Shown piece after piece: positions 51,801 through 64,000 of a stretch of 64,000 bases of DNA (position 1 is its first letter; every line of letters begins with the position of its first letter). The position numbers and the translations under genes are program-made. A model generated the notes under the pieces. That model was given only the letters and a program-made list of their open reading frames with translations, was not told the DNA's origin and did not search any database. Origin of the DNA: Chrysomallon squamiferum (Eukaryota > Animalia > Mollusca); NCBI GenBank assembly GCA_012295275.1, contig CM022670.1:26908001-26972000 (forward strand), in the 5' to 3' direction.

Positions 51801-53197
51801 TTGTATACATCTGACACCAGGTGGCAAAAGTGTGTTTGTCAGTCTGCAAACAAGAGATCAAGCAGGACAGCAGCTGCAACAAAATTTAAAAAAAGCAATA
51901 AATATGAAAACACTCTCAATTTATAAATCTCACACATCTGATATTAAAGCAATTCTTTTCCAATAATGCACAATATATAGAACATTTTACTTCCAAAAAT
52001 TAATTTCCACTCAAAATAGTAATTACCTCCTGCTTCAGAACATTCGAACAATTCTTATTCAGTCTTGAAAGATATGAAGGGAAGAAGTTCCTCATTGTTT
52101 TTGCTGGGTTTCCACCATATGCCAATGCCTGGTTTATTAAAATAAATATTTATACATCTAAATAAAATATGTATGTGTTTTGCCACAAAACAATTTTTTC
52201 ATCATATTCTGCCACAAACAATTTGCATTCTTTCAAGTCATTTATATTTTATTATGCCACCAATTATTGCTAATACAATCACAAGTTCTATGAGAAAGCA
52301 TGGAGGCTTGCATTAGTGAGAACAAAATCTTATTGACTGATGTGATAACTATGGATTCCTTTCGTTCTGTGGGCATACTTATTTTGTAACAGTAATGCTT
52401 TCATCATCATATTTCATTATTAGCTAAATGTTATCTTCAGATAACAATGCTGAATCCATAATATATTTAGGTCATCAGTGGCATACTTCTATAAAACAAA
52501 CAAAAAACCCACATTTTATCCGTTAAGCTGAATTTCAGAAACTGATGCAAAAAAACTAAAATTACTAAAGTTTTTACCTTTATTTTAGGATACTGAGCTT
52601 GAAGCCTTTTCTTCAAGTCACCTTGGATATTGGCTGTTGAAGTAAACACTATGTCAAGCACCTGAAAATAGTCCCTCATTGTAACAGCACCAGCAGTCAG
52701 TCGGTGATCTTTATGCCATCTGTATTAAAATAAAAACTCAAGTATCAAACTTATTTTTAAAATGTCTATTATATTTTACAAACAAAGATTAACTGTTTAA
52801 AATTTATATATCTCTTCTATTTCACAAAAACACAATGTCATAAGTAGACAAAAATAGAAAGATGAAATAACAGCAGCTGTCAATCATATTCCATTTTGTA
52901 TTATTACTGTCAACAGATTTTATTTATATGTTCATTCAAGCTACATGATCACACTTTATCACCAACACCATAAGTTATCAAAATTGTTCTTACCTGAAAA
53001 GGTTTTCAAGGTATTCCACACAAAAGGTTGCAACCCATCTGACACCTAGAGCAGGTAGCATCAGACCGAGCCAAACTGTTCAACAAATATAATTATTGTA
53101 AAAAAGAAACTACAAAATTATCCATATGATGAAGAATATATATGTATCTGTGTGTGTGTGTGTGTGTGTGTATGTGTGTATGTATGTATATGTATAT

Positions 53198-53234
<37 letters not shown>

Positions 53235-56141
53235 CACCCCCCCCCCCTTGATACATACATTTATTATCTGAACATTGCAAATTGAAATATTTTCTTTTAT
53301 TATATAAAATATAAATATATTGTAAATAAAGCTACTTACCAGTAAGGCCACACTTCAGATCTTTGACACCACACTGACCCATTGCCCACAGAATGGACAA
53401 ACAGCGCAAGGGACGATTTTGATGAACTTTCAGCAAATCCAGATACTGACAATACAAATTAATACAACATTATATGTTATAAGTTATAAATAACAAATTA
53501 AACTTCAGAACAAGTATCTTCATAAAATGAATAAAACAAAAATTTTATTATAAAGAAAATTCAGAATCTTACCTGTGGAATTTTGTTGAGAGCTATGTTT
53601 GGTTTGTGAAATGCAAGTGCCTGAAGAAAAACTCTGTATCCAAATGTTGACATTCCTGTGGAAAAGTTTAAAAAAAAAAAAGGAAAGATTACTTTCAGTT
53701 CTTCAGATATTTTCAAGTGTATGTTTTAACCTGATGAAAATTAACTTTTATTTATGCAGTTATTAGTAATTTCAGAAACCTTTTTACACTGATGACATTC
53801 ATGTTGCAAGTTCTTGTCATTATGGAATATTATAGTATCTTACAATCCAATAAATATAACAGAGAAGTAATTAAAAAAAAATGAAGAAGATTAAAAGAAC
53901 TGTTCAAAATTCGATATTATTAATTAGTAACAGAGTAAATAATTAACCTTTCATCTGGTTGACAAGCATGGACTGAACACAGTGGTAGAACAGATGTTCT
54001 AGAGTTTCTGCAGAACATTTCTTGAGACTAGAAAATATAACAGCCTGACATCCCTTGTTGAACTTACAGAGAGGGAAATCTGAAAGTCACATATTGTTTA
54101 TTATTCATATTATTAACAAACAAATGAGTTTAACTAATAACCTTTTATGTAATAAGTAATAATTCATTTTAAACTTATGAATTTCAAACAATTTCTGAAA
54201 CAATATGTGGTCCACATGTTACGTATTTTCTTACAAATATCCATAGTCATGAAAAGCCTTTATTTTATGAAGTTCAAGTCATATACAATGGTGATAATAT
54301 AGAACATATGACAAGATACAAACTATATGTACCATATTGACTGATTTTTCATGTTTAAAGAACTGAGATCATATCTGTGAATAAACACATCTACCAAAAT
54401 CATAATAAATAGACAAATGTAATAACAGTAATATTTTAAAAATAAAACCCATACATGCCAAAAAAATAATAATAAGAATAAAAAAAAATAAAAAAAAAAA
54501 ATAAATAAATGTGTCCCCCCCAAAGATCAACGATAGGGGAAAGAAAAAAAAAGAAGATAGAAACGTCAAAACTTAATGCAAACAGCAAACAGGTTTAGTG
54601 ACAAATACAGTAACATAATAAAGCATTGTTATGTAGTTGTTCCATACATCTCTCTTTCATTGCTAAAGCACCTAGTGATAAAATTCTGATTAAACTGATA
54701 GTCTTTCTTTTTTCAAACTTAAACCAAAAGGTCATGAAGTGATGAAAAGTTAATTTGTCATAATTCTTTGGCCTAACTGCCACCAATAGTGTTCATTATT
54801 AATACTAATAGATGAATATTTAGTAATGACATATTTATGCTTGGATGAAGACCTGTTCAACTTAAAAATTGCAACGAATGTAGATATATAAAATGTTCCC
54901 AAAATGTTGATAGACAATCATTAGATGATTTGGTATATAAAATTTTCTATAAATATATCGGTAGACACCTTTGGCTCTTTGACTTGCTTGAGATTTAAAG
55001 GCATCATCAGTCTCTGGAACATTTTCCAGCCTAATATTCAAGAAAGAAGCAAGGTCTTTGAGCCACACATCAGGGTTATCAGGGAAACTTTCATGAGACT
55101 GATTAATAATCAGCTGCAGATCTTCTTTGTCAATCTGAAAATAAAATACAAACATAGATACATTTTTAACATTTGTAGTTGTAATATTTTTATTATAATA
55201 ATAGTAATATAATAATAATAATAATAATAAATAATTCTAAAATGTTACTAAAAACAAAAAAAAAAAAAAAAAAATTAAATAAAAATAAAAGTATACTAAA
55301 AACATAAAAAAAAAAAAAAATTAAATAAAAATAAATGTTAAAAAACAACTAAGAAAACTCTAATGAAATATTACATTTCAAATATTAAATAAAATAATAA
55401 TTTTTCTTTTAATCAATAATACTTTTCTCTTTATTATATTTAAAATGAAAAAACCTGAATATATATATATATATATATTACAATACAACAAAACTATTAG
55501 ACAATTTAAAACCTACTTTAGACACAACATCCTCCAGTTTTTCAGTCTTTTGTTTTTTATCTTGTTCTTTCTTTTTTGGTGCTGGTTTTTTGTTCACTGT
55601 ATCATTATTAATTTTAGGAGTTTCTTTGTGCTTTTTTTCTGCAGCTTTGGCTTCTTTTTCCAAAAATGCATCGTACAGTGTTTTAGACTCTTGCACAGGA
55701 GCTGTAATATAAAATTAATTATGGAACTGCCTACCTAAAATTTTATTCAAATTATAAAAATAATATTTTATTTTTGTTTAATATACAAAACATTTATTTA
55801 ATTATTCTATATACATTTTTTTAATTACAGAATGATTAGATGTGAAAGCAATTAGGTTTTCCGATGATGACGTAGACAACGTCCAGGATAATATGGAATA
55901 TCATCAGTATCATACTGAGTATGCGTATGAACGTAAGATTCACCATCTCCCTACAGATGGTACGATATAATTGGCTAAGCACATTCTATTTTGTTTAATT
56001 TAACTTACGATTCGGGTCGATTCGTTGCATTTGATTGATATAATTTTTCTTTTGTGCTTTCGCAGCATGCTGAGCAACGTTTTTATTCAAAGGCTTCTTT
56101 GGTTTGCCAACAACTTCCCATCGCTGACCGGTAGCCGCCAT
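48811..56141 (-). CDS. TMEM214: Transmembrane protein 214
   Basis: Multi-exon. Starts MAATGQRWEVVGK (56141), then KTLYDAF, FPDNPDVWLKDLASFLNIRLE, CLSILWAMGQCG, VWLGLMLPALG, a TM segment (FPWFAISFSLGIVLVAVIAYD) and a last exon ending TFVAKGSK* at 48811. Matches remembered TMEM214 motifs. Not every exon boundary was checked. Confidence 0.92.
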
Positions 56142-56376
56142 TTTGCCGTTTGTAATGAACTCTTTTCGGAAATGAGCAGCAAAAGAGTCAACCACGTGAA
56201 TACGTTTCGTCTATATAAAGAGCGGGAATTTTAAAATATATTGGTAACGAAGACATAATTAAAGATAACAGTTCAACTTAGATGTAATCTTATAATATAT
56301 TAACAATATTTTGACCGTTCAGTTCAGATTCCAGGCCAAATGTGTCTGAACATTCGATAGATGAATTACATTAAGT

Positions 56377-56670
56377 CAGTGATTCCCAACCTTTTCATCA
56401 ATGCGGAGCCCTATAACATTTTTAATACCCCCCACACACATTAATTAAATAGTTATTTATTTATACAAATTACTATTTAAATTAGGCATGATATCCATCC
56501 ATGTGCATTGTACATAGTAATCATTGTAATGTCATTGTAGGTGTATTCGTTTGTTCTGTCTATTTCATTCTGTCCGTCTGACTGCCCCCAGTTTCTCCTT
56601 TTTTATTTATTAGTTATGTCATCTCTCGTGGAGCACAAGGGCTCCGAGAAGCCCCGGTTGGAAAACACTG
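56377..56670. mobile_element. hAT (Charlie-like) MITE, 294 bp
   Basis: TIRs CAGTGATTCCCAACC / GGTTGGAAAACACTG, with a perfect 8-bp TSD CATTAAGT at 56369-56376 and 56671-56678. Confidence 0.92.
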
Positions 56671-57268
56671 CATTAAGTGTATGTAATACTTCTTAGATGG
56701 TTGATCAATAGCAGAACAAGTTACAATGGTATAATAAAAACAATAAAATAATAACATTAATTTAATTCGTGTTCTTATGATGTGATTCTTTTATGTTTAT
56801 TTTTGTATTTTCCAATAAATATGTTTATTTTATTAATAAATTATAGCATTTATAAATATTATTATTATTGTTATTGTTGTTGTTGTTATTATTATTATTC
56901 GGTTGTTATAGCAGCATGTTTAGGTAAATATATCGGACTGTACCAAGAAACTCCACTGAATAATGATGAGTCAACGAATCTATCACCTAGAATAAATGCT
57001 AAGTTAAATCAAATAAATAATAATTTATTGTTGTTGGGTCTTATCTTGATAGGTTGGCTTGATTTGTTTGTTGTTGTTCAGTTTTATCTTGATAGGATGG
57101 CTTGATTTGATTTGTTTATTGTTGTCAAATGCACTGATGTTGACAGTGAATGAAATTAGATATATTTTTAAACATGAAAACGCTGAAGTGGCGGGAGTGT
57201 CAAAATAAAATATAGATTATGCACAGTTACGTCCCTTTATGAGGAAGTTTCTGTGAAAGCGGAACTAA

Positions 57269-63085
<5,817 letters not shown>

Positions 63086-64000
63086 GTAAGAATGTAGAGA
63101 CTTGTAACAAAACATCTCTGTTGGTGCACATTTCCACTGATCTGTTCAGCTCAGTTTTAAATTTCATTAGTTGTTATACAAAAGCCACTATCAAGGTGAT
63201 ATCCCACTCTGTCCCATATTTATTCATGTTGTTTAACCATTTCATCATATAGAGGCTGGTCTGGAAGCGAGTTGGCAGGTATTGTAATTGTCAGCAATAA
63301 TTTAAACAACAGTTATAATTTGCTTGTTATAAAGCTTTGTTTCTAAACAGCGTATTATGTTATATCATATGCATATTATTTATTGATAAATAATCTGTTC
63401 TGTTCAGTTAAACATTGAGTGAATATATGTAGATTAATGCTGCAAAAATAAATAAACAATTAGTCACACATATTTACCTGACACGCCTGAAGTGTTTTAA
63501 TTGATAAATGTTGGGAAATTATATTACTGTGATTTATAGTGCAAAACACATGTATTTAGAATTCTCTGATGATAGTTAAATTATTTGGGTATGGTTGCCA
63601 CAGTTCTGTTTACCTGTATTCACGTAAACTGTTTGTTGGTGCAGAACATTAATCTTGCACAATGAAATAAAGTAATAACTAAGGAATGTGACATTGTAAC
63701 TGAAAAAAAACAAAAAAACAAACAAACAGGCAGCATAGACTTATGGAGGAACAAAATAAATGTATTGATTAATTATTACTTCTAGTACTATTATGACCAC
63801 CACCATCATCACCATCACAGTCAGTGTAAACATGGCTTGTTGATCATCAGCGTTTTTATCATAAATTCACATACTAATGTTATTGCAGGATCAATTACTG
63901 CCCAACAGCTAGTTTATAAAAGGATATCTGTCTGTGCAAAATGTAACATATGGTTGACATCTACAAATATGTGAAAATACTGTTAAACTTTCAGTTTATT

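Noticed and set aside
55864-55918. ATGATGA...CTGA resembling a C/D box snoRNA
   Set aside because: It is on the strand opposite the host gene TMEM214, is short, has no terminal stem and has no recognisable rRNA guide.

Overview
Very AT-rich, intron-rich animal genomic DNA. It is probably molluscan (gastropod-like); that is inferred from gene and repeat style, not proven. Nine protein-coding loci can be built with GT-AG splice sites. They are PSMB2 (-, runs off the left edge); an EB1/MAPRE gene (+); a roughly 8.3 kb intronless low-complexity ORF with a 78-nt tandem array and several frame breaks (-); an unrecognised 5-exon 300-aa gene (-); a single-exon Toll-like receptor (+); UTP23 (-); TATDN1 (+); TMEM214 (-); and TBC1D2/2B (+, runs off the right edge). 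MITEs, SINE-like remnants and microsatellites are also present. The main observation is that the EB1 gene carries two paralogous 107-nt exons for the same part of the CH domain, a mutually exclusive pair. An intronic element upstream of the second exon is complementary to the end and 5' splice site of the first, suggesting RNA-structure control. Other candidates are a U_UUA_AAU -1 frameshift site in the giant ORF (an assembly error is equally possible), a TLR3-like Pro-to-Ala change in the TLR BB loop, and MAPRE-TMEM214 linkage recalling vertebrates.
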